Assembly (NCBI GenBank): GCA_025453445.1
Contig: JALOQJ010000006.1
Location: 2,308-66,307, forward strand
Reading direction: 5' to 3'
Length of the DNA: 64,000 nucleotides
Source of the DNA: Candidatus Omnitrophota bacterium
Lineage (GTDB): Bacteria > Omnitrophota > Gorgyraeia > Gygaellales > Profunditerraquicolaceae
The notes below the pieces were generated by a model. The model saw only the letters and a program-made list of their open reading frames with translations, searched no databases and was not told the DNA's origin. Both the position numbers and the translations under genes were made by a program. How positions within the stretch are numbered: position 1 is the first letter of the stretch; every line of letters starts with the position of its first letter. Below are positions 1 through 9,217 of the stretch, piece by piece.

Positions 1-18
1 AGAAGTAATAGCACCTCT

Positions 19-68
19 AAATTCCAAATCACAAATTCCAAATCACAAACAAATCCTAAATTTAAAAT
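19..68. repeat. Degenerate heptamer array (AAATnnn)4-AAAC-AAAT..., single arm
   Basis: aaattcc aaatcac aaattcc aaatcac aaac aaatcct aaattta aaat. Confidence 0.85.
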
Positions 69-109
69 AGCCCCCTTGTAAGCGCTTTCAGAAAGTTTAT
101 CCTATAGCC

Positions 110-138
110 TTGAAACTACAAAAGTTAAGAGGCATACT
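110..138 (+). promoter_or_regulatory. Putative sigma70 promoter
   Basis: TTGAAA-17 nt-CATACT. Confidence 0.4.
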
Positions 139-264
139 CTAAATAGGAGTTTCATTTAACATCTCCCCACCAGCCAAGTTAAGCATGTTTTTGGGGGGAC
201 GGCCGGGTTGCCCATATATTGAAAGGGATTTTTAAGGCGAGGTAACCCGGCCAATAATAATATA

Positions 265-612
265 ATGGCGAGGCTAAAAATGCGTGATTTAGTGTTTAAA
301 AATTTGGTTTCTGACGAAAAGAAAAGAAGAATAATTTCTACTTCTGAGATTAACGAGAATCAGGGGATACGCAGCATCATCCGGCGCCATTTTGTTTATA
401 TCGTAAAGGAACTAACTAATGATGAAATAAATAAGCCTTTGCCATACCTCTATGTTTTAAAGGAACGTAACAATAAAGAGCTGCGGGAAAAATTTTTCTG
501 CAGGATAAAAGGAAGTATATTAGCTGAAAATCGCGGCAAACAGTTATTAATTCTCTTCATGCATTCCCTGAAAATTACCTTTTTAAGCGCGCCACTTCTG
601 AAACAAATTTAA
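265..612 (+). CDS. Hypothetical basic protein (start may be ATG 280)
   Basis: 115-aa ORF; GAGG precedes ATG 280; no recognised motif. Confidence 0.65.
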   Translation: MARLKMRDLVFKNLVSDEKKRRIISTSEINENQGIRSIIRRHFVYIVKELTNDEINKPLPYLYVLKERNNKELREKFFCRIKGSILAENRGKQLLILFMHSLKITFLSAPLLKQI

Positions 613-640
613 TTGACAATAAGAGAACGTATTGTATAAT
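613..640 (+). promoter_or_regulatory. Sigma70 promoter
   Basis: TTGACA(613-618)-16 nt-TATAAT(635-640). Confidence 0.75.
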
Positions 641-651
641 ATTCTCAACTT

Positions 652-3468
652 ATGAATAGAGCTATTTCTTTTCTTATTGTTACAGCTTTTCTTGTTGTAG
701 GATTTTTTGCCTGTCAATCGCCCGCCTTTAGCCAATCTGAAGCATCTATAGCCTATCTTTGTGAAATTGCGGTTAATTTTTATAAGCAAGGTAGGTATGA
801 AGACGCGCTTTCGGAGTTTAAAAAGGTATTGCTGGTTGATCCTAATAATCCTACTGCTAAAGCCTATATCAGCGTAATTTTTAAGCCTGAGCCGGGTTCG
901 ATAACAACGCAGCCAGCAGTAGCAGGTTCAGTAGCACAAGTAACTAAAATAGCTCCTATTGCTCAGGTAAGAAAAGGAATTCCCGCCACTGCAAAACAAC
1001 CTACAGTACAACCGACTGAAACAAAGATTTCCCGTGAAGAAATTATTAACAGCACTTTAAGCAGTTTTGCTAGAAAAGATGCTGTGCAAAAAACTTCCGA
1101 AAGAACGCCTTTGGAGATTGCCGGAGTTGCTATCAGTGGAGAGGCGCAAGTCAGGATGGGGGTAACTCCTAATGATACAATTTGGAAGCGTGCAAACTGG
1201 GATATGAATGAAAAGAATTACCGTATCCTTTCTACTACTGCTTACGACAGAAAAGAAAATACTTACGATACAAGAGTTTATGATAGATTGCGGGTTAATT
1301 TAGACAGCGGTGGAGAAGAAGGTTTAAGTTTTCATAGCAATATTACAGTGGATCCCTGGAGCTATACCGGTAAAAGCAGTAAATTTATGATTGCAGGAGC
1401 TGGCGGAGATTATGCTGATCTTGAATTAAAATATTGGTCTAATACCGGCTATACTATCAATGAAAATGTTAATACAAAATACAACGGTGATTCTTTTAGC
1501 CTGCCGGAAATTAAAGTTGTGGATGGAAAAATCAGTTTACCTAGCTCGGTCAGTTCGGCATATAATAATATTTTTACTCTTCCTGATACAAAAATCTATT
1601 ATGATTTCCAGCCCCTGAGGGAAATGTGGTTTGACTATAAGCAGGATAACCTGAAATTAAGAGTGTATCCATTTGCTTATGAAAATCAGGCCTTGACTTT
1701 TGATGATCCTTTGAAATCTTCTAATAATCGCACCTGGTGGGAAGATAGCCCTTGGCTGCGTTCCTGGACGCATGGAAATTTCAACAGCGGTGCCACACCG
1801 GTTGATTTTACAAGAGGATATTGGGATAAGTCCTTGTCTTTTTTCACCCGGGACAGCGAAGGCCAACGCCTGACATCCATGCGCGGTTTCTCTTTTCAGT
1901 TTAATCCTTTGGAAGAAACTTCAATTCAAACAAGCGTAGCCTCTCCGAAGACTCTTTGGCAGGATTATTCAGAAATCGATAATTTTCTTTCAGCAACCCG
2001 CTTAAAAACAACTTTATTTAATAAAATCGGCATTGGTGTTACTGCTAACACCCGTTTAGGCTATAATATTGATAACGAAAATAAGCTTGATGCGAAGAAT
2101 TACGTTGTTGGAACAGATATCGGATACGAAATTATCGATGGGTTAAAAGCTAATTTTGAATTTCTACATTCCTTATCGAGATACGACACTACTAATTCAA
2201 CTTATCTTAGTAAACTTAGCGGTAATGCGTATCATATTTCTCTTTTAGGCCGGTTTCCTTTTGAGAGCATTATGAAAACAGACTATGGCTATGACGGGAT
2301 TAAGCCGGAAGATTGGGAAGGCTCATTTACTAAATTTCGGATTTTTGCTACACGTATGGATACGGATTATGATAACTCCTTATCATCCTATGTAGAGACG
2401 CGCGATGATGAATGGTGGAGCAGGCATTTACATTTCCGCAAGCCATTTAAGAATTATTATCAGGGAGAGGGGCAGCTTTTAAGCTGGGATGATATCAGTT
2501 CTTATGGTGTTGGAAACGGCGTTGATTACGGCCGCAGTGTTTTGGGCATGCGCGTGGAGTCTTTCTTCTGGGATAGGGCAGTAACAAACCTTTTTGATGT
2601 ACGCAATGTTCACAACACAAAGAATAAATTTCTTGAAAATACTGCGCGTGATGAGTTAACCTGGTCGATAAATGACAGATTAACTACTAAATTCCTTGGT
2701 ATATATCAGAAGATGCCGAAAACAACAGGAGGAATCGATCCTTTTATATTTGATACTACTACCGGCAGGTACCTAACAAATAGTTATATTGACGACGGGA
2801 TGAACGCAACGATATCTACCGGTTCAGCCGGCTTAGAATACAAATTCTTTGATTGGCTTTCTATGAATGGAACCTGGGAATGTACTAATGATGTATCGCT
2901 GGCTTATGATAATTACCCGAGGGGGATATTGAATAGTGCTAACCGTTCTTTTATTAGTATTGATGAGTATAACCGCAGGTACCGCGATATATTGGCATCT
3001 CTTTATAACCAGCAGTATTTCCCGAAACCGCCCTACCCGTATTACAATATTTTTAAAACCGGATTAGGCTTTAATCCTACGGAAAAACTGGGGATCTATT
3101 TTGATTATACGCGCAACCCTTTTGAAAAAGCCGGGCAGGTTGACGATAATATGAACCACGTTGGTTTTGAAGTATCTTATATGCCAATGCAGAAAATATC
3201 CGTTTTCTTTAAATATTCTTTTTCCCGCTGGCAGGACTTAGATAAGCTTCAGGCAGGCAGTACCAAGCTTTACGGCCATCACAATTTTTTCACTGAATTT
3301 ACCTACCGCAAGTCGCAAGATGAGGATCTTACCTTTCAATACGGCGAAGCAAGCAGAGATCCCTATATGGGCGGGGTTTTGGATATCGGCTGGGATCCTT
3401 ATGGCGGTTCATTGAGGACAATCGATACCCAACATATCGTCCGCCTCTATTACCGCAGAAGATTCTAG
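652..3468 (+). CDS. Exported protein with N-terminal TPR and probable outer-membrane beta-barrel
   Basis: Signal peptide; TPR (YKQGRYEDALSEFKKVLLVDPNN); Pro/Ala/Gln linker; aromatic-rich strands; terminal Phe (VRLYYRRRF). Confidence 0.7.
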   Translation: MNRAISFLIVTAFLVVGFFACQSPAFSQSEASIAYLCEIAVNFYKQGRYEDALSEFKKVLLVDPNNPTAKAYISVIFKPEPGSITTQPAVAGSVAQVTKIAPIAQVRKGIPATAKQPTVQPTETKISREEIINSTLSSFARKDAVQKTSERTPLEIAGVAISGEAQVRMGVTPNDTIWKRANWDMNEKNYRILSTTAYDRKENTYDTRVYDRLRVNLDSGGEEGLSFHSNITVDPWSYTGKSSKFMIAGAGGDYADLELKYWSNTGYTINENVNTKYNGDSFSLPEIKVVDGKISLPSSVSSAYNNIFTLPDTKIYYDFQPLREMWFDYKQDNLKLRVYPFAYENQALTFDDPLKSSNNRTWWEDSPWLRSWTHGNFNSGATPVDFTRGYWDKSLSFFTRDSEGQRLTSMRGFSFQFNPLEETSIQTSVASPKTLWQDYSEIDNFLSATRLKTTLFNKIGIGVTANTRLGYNIDNENKLDAKNYVVGTDIGYEIIDGLKANFEFLHSLSRYDTTNSTYLSKLSGNAYHISLLGRFPFESIMKTDYGYDGIKPEDWEGSFTKFRIFATRMDTDYDNSLSSYVETRDDEWWSRHLHFRKPFKNYYQGEGQLLSWDDISSYGVGNGVDYGRSVLGMRVESFFWDRAVTNLFDVRNVHNTKNKFLENTARDELTWSINDRLTTKFLGIYQKMPKTTGGIDPFIFDTTTGRYLTNSYIDDGMNATISTGSAGLEYKFFDWLSMNGTWECTNDVSLAYDNYPRGILNSANRSFISIDEYNRRYRDILASLYNQQYFPKPPYPYYNIFKTGLGFNPTEKLGIYFDYTRNPFEKAGQVDDNMNHVGFEVSYMPMQKISVFFKYSFSRWQDLDKLQAGSTKLYGHHNFFTEFTYRKSQDEDLTFQYGEASRDPYMGGVLDIGWDPYGGSLRTIDTQHIVRLYYRRRF

Positions 3469-3481
3469 TCTAAAAAACTGT

Positions 3482-3615
3482 TAAATCCCAAATTACAATA
3501 CACAAATCACAAACAATACTACAATCACAATACCAAAGTTTAATTTTTCGTTTGGAATTTTGGTAATTTGGTATTGGGATTTGTTTGTAATTTGGAATTT
3601 GTGATTTGGGATTTA
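3482..3615. repeat. Palindromic heptamer-array element between convergent genes (possible bidirectional terminator)
   Basis: Left arm aaatccc aaattac aatacac aaatcac aaac; right arm is its imperfect reverse complement ending gtgattt gggattta. Confidence 0.85.
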
Positions 3616-6600
3616 GTCTAGATATATGTCTATTCTTTTTATGAGGCGTGACCTTATTTGTTCAGCGTAAGGCGAAGGTATGGTGTCCGAGTGTATTTCT
3701 ACTGACAAGCCATTTTTGTCAGCGAATAAGATTTTCTTGGGAGAAACTTTATTTTTCCCAAAGGTATTACATATTTTTGGGTTATGGTATATTACCTGTA
3801 CTTTACTTAAGAAGTTAAAGCTATAGGTTTTATCTTTTTTCGTAAAGAGCCAACCAACAAGCTGAGGATTGAATTTCAGATTAAGCTGATTGTGATTGTT
3901 TAGGAAAAATGGCTGCCTGCCAAGGTTCATTATCAGCCAAATCTGTAGGAATTCAGCAGTAGATCCGGAAAGCCGCGCTACAAAACCGTTGCCATGCAGA
4001 TTTTTATCCGGGAAAGCACTGCTTGTGATAAATGAAGAATTTTCCAGTACGCTGCGGCCGTATACTGTGGGCTTTAATAAAGGGATAAGTACATTTTTAA
4101 AATCTGAGTAAAATTCTTCCGAAAGCCCATGTTTTAAAATTTCCAGTATATATTTATATTCCATATGTAGCCAAATGGATTCGTTTTCCAGCCAGCCGGG
4201 GGTAAATACTTTGCACCTGCCAATTTCTTCGGGCATATCCTTTAAAGAAGCCGTTACTTTATACATCTTTAACTTTTTATCGTAAAGCGGGCTGCTTTTT
4301 ACTGCCTGATAAAGATTTTTAGCTTCAATAGCATTATTGCTTAAACGCAGAGCATGCATTTGTGATTCCAAAAAGAAGGGGATTTTTACTTGCGAAAATT
4401 TTGTCGGCCGGATATAACGGTTATCCAGCGGATCGTATTCTGTAACAGTATTAATAAAATACGCGTAATACATGCCTTCTTTTTTGTTAAATGCTTTAGC
4501 CAGGCCGAAGTCGATTTTAGCCTGCGCCTTATTCAAGAATTCGATTAATTCTCCAGCAGAAACTTCTATTTCTTTCCCGGAAAAGCCCAATAAGGTATCT
4601 TTACGAAAAGCTTCTTTTAAGGCAGTGGCTTTATCCCAATAAATATAGTCTTTGTCCGGAGAATTACTGTCAGTATGTTCCTGAATTATGCCTTTAAGGG
4701 TAGTTAGGAAGCCGCAGATTTCCTTAGTTAAAGATATTTTATCAATGGCAGTTTTTTCTAAGGCAGTTTTGATAGTAATAAGCAGCCTTTTTAATTCAAA
4801 AGTTTCGCACGTAGAAGAGCCGAAAAGAGCAGGCAGGCCGTTTAAGGCATCATACCAGTTGGGTTTATTGGCTTCCATTTCAATACCCACCCCAAAAGGA
4901 TCGAGTGAGGCGAGCTTATTTACAGCCAGGCAAAATAATTTATTCACAAGATTAGTCTGGTAAATTTCTCCTTCGCCGCAGCCAGACCGCATTTTATTGG
5001 GGAAGTGAATCCGTTTTTTAATCAGGTCTTTTTTATGTGCATCTAAAGTAACTGAATTTAACTGGCGGGGTAAGCCGTTATAGAGGGTATATTTTTCGTT
5101 TCTTGGGCGGACAACTTCGCCATTATCAAAATAGGTAAATACTTTTTTGTTAAAGAAAAGTTCTTTTAACTTCTCCGGGTATATAGATAGGTAATTTTCC
5201 AGTAAATCAAGGTTGTATGCCCAGTGGTCAGTCCAGAAGCCTTCGCCATGTTCAGCCTGCTGGATTTTAAGGCACAAGGGAATTAACAAATTAAGAAAAT
5301 CATCGTAAGGAATGTTTAGTTCAAGGTTATTTTTCTGAATAAAAAGGATTAAATTACCGGGTGTAAAAGGCCTCTTCAGGTAAGTGCTAAGTTTTTCAAT
5401 GGTTGTTGAGTCCATAAGGCCTTTTAAAAATGAATTTAGTTTAACCGTATTATCCAAAGCAAAGCTGACGCCTTTAATTACCAGGGGATTAAAACCGTCT
5501 GTTTGCAGAAGATTAAAGAAAGTAATGATATTTTCGTCTTCAATTTCAGGGTTAAACCAGACATCCATACGGCGGTTCTGATTTACATCGCGGTAATTGC
5601 CGTTTCCCTGAGAAAAATACGATGGTTGTATCTGGAATCTGTTATAGTCTCTTTCCAGGTCGCCGTGTTTTCTAGAGTAAATATAAAGAACCGACTTTTT
5701 TCCACCAGATTCAAATACTATAGGATAGCCGCCGCGTATAATATTATCAAGATAAGTCTGGCGGGTGTAGAGGTTGAATTCTTGAGAGCCGGTTTGCGTA
5801 TCAATATCATCTTGCAGCCCGTTAATAATTAATTTATTAGCCGTTCTTTTTTTGGCCAAATATCCGGATTTAATAATTTTAGGAACGAGCCTATTTAGTG
5901 TTGCTTCATTATGCATATAGCCGGAGAGGGAGTAGAAAATTTTTTCTTCTCCCGGTTTAAGCTGGAAATTAGCAGCCATGAATCCGCAGGGGGTTTTATT
6001 ATCGGTAAGTTCATTTTTTGCAGCGATAAAATTATTTTCACTAATAAATTCATAAGGACAGGAAAAGTCAGTTACCGGGCCAAAGATAGATTGAGGACTA
6101 ACAATAGGCTTTATGATCTTTGGAACTTTTTTTTCATAATGGAAAGCCAGATAAAAGTTACCTTCATCAAGATGGATCACTTCAGGCTTATCAGCAGGAT
6201 CTACGGCTAATTTATAAAAAGGAACATTTTGTTTAAGGTTGTTTACGGTCATCCATGCTTCCAGTGTCCGGCTGAGCTCTTTAAGCAGCCAATGATTCAT
6301 TCCAAAAGGAACAATTTGCGGGAGCCCGTCAAGAAACTGTATTTTTTTTGCTGTTTTAGCGGTATTTTTTACGCTGATTATTCTTACTAATGCGGCATAA
6401 GAATCATCGGGAACGGTGAAATATTCAACATTGATTTTAAGCCCAAGTGTAGCATTAGTTTCTTCAAGCTTTAAATCATACGATGAAATCTTCATTTGGT
6501 TGCTAAGTTTAAAGCCTAAATTCACAAAGCCGTTATGGAATGGTTCGTAGAATATATTTTTTTTACTTCCCGAAGAGACTTTAATAAAAGTGCGGAAACC

Positions 6601-6849
6601 CTGTAAGGATGCAAATTGCCATGATTTATTAGCAGGAGAGAATTCTAAAATAGCGTGGTCTTTGTCTTTGATACCGAAGCTGGCGATTGCCTGTCCCCGG
6701 TTAACGTAAAATACCCACATTGGAATACCGTATTTGCCGGCTATCCCTGGGAAGAAATTTGCGAAGGGCTTAGCGTAATTATAATTTTCAATGACAAATT
6801 CGCCTTCGCTATTCAGGTAATACTTTGGGATTTTAGTTTTAGCAGACAT
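3613..6849 (-). CDS. Large glycoside phosphorylase, GH94-related, most like GH161 beta-1,3-glucan phosphorylase
   Basis: 1078 aa; motifs YSRKHGDLERDYN, QGNGNYRDVNQNRR, GEGFWTDHW, FTPGWLENES, GFVARLSGSTAEF. Confidence 0.75.
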   Translation of the reverse strand: MSAKTKIPKYYLNSEGEFVIENYNYAKPFANFFPGIAGKYGIPMWVFYVNRGQAIASFGIKDKDHAILEFSPANKSWQFASLQGFRTFIKVSSGSKKNIFYEPFHNGFVNLGFKLSNQMKISSYDLKLEETNATLGLKINVEYFTVPDDSYAALVRIISVKNTAKTAKKIQFLDGLPQIVPFGMNHWLLKELSRTLEAWMTVNNLKQNVPFYKLAVDPADKPEVIHLDEGNFYLAFHYEKKVPKIIKPIVSPQSIFGPVTDFSCPYEFISENNFIAAKNELTDNKTPCGFMAANFQLKPGEEKIFYSLSGYMHNEATLNRLVPKIIKSGYLAKKRTANKLIINGLQDDIDTQTGSQEFNLYTRQTYLDNIIRGGYPIVFESGGKKSVLYIYSRKHGDLERDYNRFQIQPSYFSQGNGNYRDVNQNRRMDVWFNPEIEDENIITFFNLLQTDGFNPLVIKGVSFALDNTVKLNSFLKGLMDSTTIEKLSTYLKRPFTPGNLILFIQKNNLELNIPYDDFLNLLIPLCLKIQQAEHGEGFWTDHWAYNLDLLENYLSIYPEKLKELFFNKKVFTYFDNGEVVRPRNEKYTLYNGLPRQLNSVTLDAHKKDLIKKRIHFPNKMRSGCGEGEIYQTNLVNKLFCLAVNKLASLDPFGVGIEMEANKPNWYDALNGLPALFGSSTCETFELKRLLITIKTALEKTAIDKISLTKEICGFLTTLKGIIQEHTDSNSPDKDYIYWDKATALKEAFRKDTLLGFSGKEIEVSAGELIEFLNKAQAKIDFGLAKAFNKKEGMYYAYFINTVTEYDPLDNRYIRPTKFSQVKIPFFLESQMHALRLSNNAIEAKNLYQAVKSSPLYDKKLKMYKVTASLKDMPEEIGRCKVFTPGWLENESIWLHMEYKYILEILKHGLSEEFYSDFKNVLIPLLKPTVYGRSVLENSSFITSSAFPDKNLHGNGFVARLSGSTAEFLQIWLIMNLGRQPFFLNNHNQLNLKFNPQLVGWLFTKKDKTYSFNFLSKVQVIYHNPKICNTFGKNKVSPKKILFADKNGLSVEIHSDTIPSPYAEQIRSRLIKRIDIYLD

Positions 6850-6854
6850 TTTTA

Positions 6855-7295
6855 TTATTCAACCCAGCAGCAGCGTGTTTTATGCGGGGAAGCCGGTGGG
6901 GTGGAACATTCGCTAAAATAACTGGCACCGCTGCCGATAAAAACAGCAAAGCAGGTTTTATCCATACTGCTACAAAAATTGTCACCTGATTCACCGGCAG
7001 GAAGATTATTATATTCAGCGCATTTAAGTTTTGGCCAGTTAGTTTTACATTCGCCATTGAGGCAAAGACCTTTTTCTGTTTTAATTACGCCATCAGCCTT
7101 AAGATTATCGGTTTCAGTATCCTTAGATGAGACTTGTTTTTTGGTTGTTTCAGAAGAAACATTACCCGATTGTCTATTTTTAGTATTATAATCTTCTTGA
7201 GCAGAAAGAATTCCAGCGTATATCATGGAGGTTAAAATTAATAAAGAAACTATAAGTGCTATTTTCAATTTCAGGTTCGTTTTGAATTTTATCAT
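6855..7295 (-). CDS. Secreted Cys-rich hypothetical protein
   Basis: Signal peptide; CLNGECKTNWP motif; 8 Cys in C-terminal half. Confidence 0.7.
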   Translation of the reverse strand: MIKFKTNLKLKIALIVSLLILTSMIYAGILSAQEDYNTKNRQSGNVSSETTKKQVSSKDTETDNLKADGVIKTEKGLCLNGECKTNWPKLKCAEYNNLPAGESGDNFCSSMDKTCFAVFIGSGASYFSECSTPPASPHKTRCCWVE

Positions 7296-7319
7296 ATATT
7301 TATCCCTTCTAAGTGAAAT

Positions 7320-7348
7320 ATCTTAGCTAATTTATGACACATTGTCAA
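7320..7348 (-). promoter_or_regulatory. Sigma70 promoter for the minus-strand pair
   Basis: TTGACA-17 nt-TAAGAT on minus strand. Confidence 0.6.
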
Positions 7349-7447
7349 CCTTAAATAATAAAAATAGCAAAAAGAATTTTAAGAAGCATTTTAGCAGATT
7401 ATTTCTAGTATTGTGTAAGTTAAATGAGTAATGCCGTTTTTATTTAC

Positions 7448-7476
7448 TTTACAATTTAGTCTAAGGATGATAATAT
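7448..7476 (+). promoter_or_regulatory. Sigma70 promoter of gatC operon
   Basis: TTTACA-17 nt-TAATAT with TGn extension; ATG 7 nt downstream. Confidence 0.55.
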
Positions 7477-7483
7477 AATCCTT

Positions 7484-7771
7484 ATGGAAATTACTAAAGA
7501 TACAGTAAAACATGTCGGGCATTTGGCACGTATCGAATTGCAGGATAAAGAGTTAGATACGCTGTCTATCCAGCTGAAGAGTATTTTGGATTTTATTGAC
7601 CAGCTCAAAGAATTGAATACGAAAGATGTGCTGCCTACCAGCCATATATTGCCTTTGAATAATGTTCTCAGGGAGGACGAATGCCGGGATTCTTTAACTA
7701 CTGAGAAAGCCCTGCAAAACGCCCCGCAGAAGAAAGATAATTTCTTTGTCGTGCCAAAAATTATCGAATAA
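7484..7771 (+). CDS. gatC: Asp/Glu-tRNA amidotransferase subunit C
   Basis: VKHVGHLARI...NVLRED...FFVVPKIIE; upstream of gatA. Confidence 0.95.
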   Translation: MEITKDTVKHVGHLARIELQDKELDTLSIQLKSILDFIDQLKELNTKDVLPTSHILPLNNVLREDECRDSLTTEKALQNAPQKKDNFFVVPKIIE

Positions 7772-7780
7772 GCTATAAAA

Positions 7781-9217
7781 ATGGAATTAAACAAATTAAC
7801 TGCGCATGAATTAATCGGGCAATTAGAAAGTAATAAAATAAAGCCTGATGATATTTTATCTTCGCTTAAACAAAGAATTCAATCTATTAATTCTAAGGTT
7901 AAGGGCTATGTCCGGGTTTCTGATCTTCTTAGTCCACAGCTTGAAGCCCGGAGTTCAAAACTGCCCCTAAAAGGCATTCCCGTTTCCATCAAAGATAATA
8001 TCTGTACCGAAGGGTATAATACAGAATGCTGTTCGAAAATCCTTACTGGCTTTAAGCCTCCATATGATGCGACTGTAATCAAAAAATTAAAAGCAGCAGG
8101 CGCAACCATCCTGCCGATAAAAACTAATATGGATGAGTTTGCTTTTGGCTCATCCACGGAAAATTCTTGTTTTGGGCCTACACATAACCCTTGGAATTTA
8201 GATTGTGTTCCTGGTGGTTCTTCCGGCGGATCAGCTGCAGTTGTGGCTGCTGATGAAGCTATTGTAGCGTTGGGTTCAGATACTGGCGGCTCAATCCGGC
8301 AACCGGCATCTTTTTGCGGAGTGGTTGGTTTAAAGCCTACATATGGCAGGGTATCGAGATATGGTTTAATTGCTTTTGCTTCCAGTCTTGATCAGATTGG
8401 GCCGTTGACTAAAGATGTAGAAGATAATGCCATAATGCTGAATGTAATTTCAGGCTACGATCCGCTTGATTCCACTTCAGTAAATATACCTGTGCCGGAT
8501 TATACAAAAACATTAGGGAAAAATATCAAAGGCTTAAAGATTGCTATTCCCAAAGAATATTTTATCAGCGGGATTGATTCGGAAGTCAAAACTTGTATAG
8601 AAGAAGCGATTAACCAAATGAAACAATTAGGTGCCATTACCAAAGAAGTTTCCCTGCCGCATACAAAATACGCTGTACCGGTTTATTATATTATTGCTAC
8701 AGCTGAAGCAAGTTCCAATTTAGCGCGTTTTGATGCTGTGCAATATGGTTTGCGGGTTAAGGCTGAAAATTTGATTGATATGTATAAAAAAACCCGCGAT
8801 CAGGGCTTTGGAGACGAATCTAAAAGAAGGATTATTCTAGGTACTTTTGCTTTATCTCATGGCTATTACGATGCTTATTATTCAAGGGCACTGAAGGTAA
8901 GAACATTAATTAAGAGTGATTTTGATAGCGTGTTTAAAGAATTTGACTGTATTGTCGCGCCTACTGCTCCTACTACGGCATTTAAAATCGGAGAAAAGAC
9001 AAACGATCCGTTGCAAATGTACCTCTCGGATATTTTTACTATCTCAGCAAACTTAGCAGGAATTCCGGCAATATCCGTGCCTTGTGGTTTTACTAAAAAA
9101 GAACTGCCTGTGGGCTTGCAGATTTTTGCCAAACCATTTGGCGAAGAGATAATTTTACAGGTTGCCCACACGTATGAACAAGCTACGCTGTGGCACAAAA
9201 AGAAAGCAAAATTATAA
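7781..9217 (+). CDS. gatA: Asp/Glu-tRNA amidotransferase subunit A
   Basis: Amidase signature GGSSGGS, GSDTGGSIRQPAS, RRIILGT. Confidence 0.97.
   Translation: MELNKLTAHELIGQLESNKIKPDDILSSLKQRIQSINSKVKGYVRVSDLLSPQLEARSSKLPLKGIPVSIKDNICTEGYNTECCSKILTGFKPPYDATVIKKLKAAGATILPIKTNMDEFAFGSSTENSCFGPTHNPWNLDCVPGGSSGGSAAVVAADEAIVALGSDTGGSIRQPASFCGVVGLKPTYGRVSRYGLIAFASSLDQIGPLTKDVEDNAIMLNVISGYDPLDSTSVNIPVPDYTKTLGKNIKGLKIAIPKEYFISGIDSEVKTCIEEAINQMKQLGAITKEVSLPHTKYAVPVYYIIATAEASSNLARFDAVQYGLRVKAENLIDMYKKTRDQGFGDESKRRIILGTFALSHGYYDAYYSRALKVRTLIKSDFDSVFKEFDCIVAPTAPTTAFKIGEKTNDPLQMYLSDIFTISANLAGIPAISVPCGFTKKELPVGLQIFAKPFGEEIILQVAHTYEQATLWHKKKAKL
7931..7965 (+). repeat. In-frame degenerate heptamer run in gatA
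   Basis: agtccac agcttga agcccgg agttcaa aactgcc. Confidence 0.5.
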
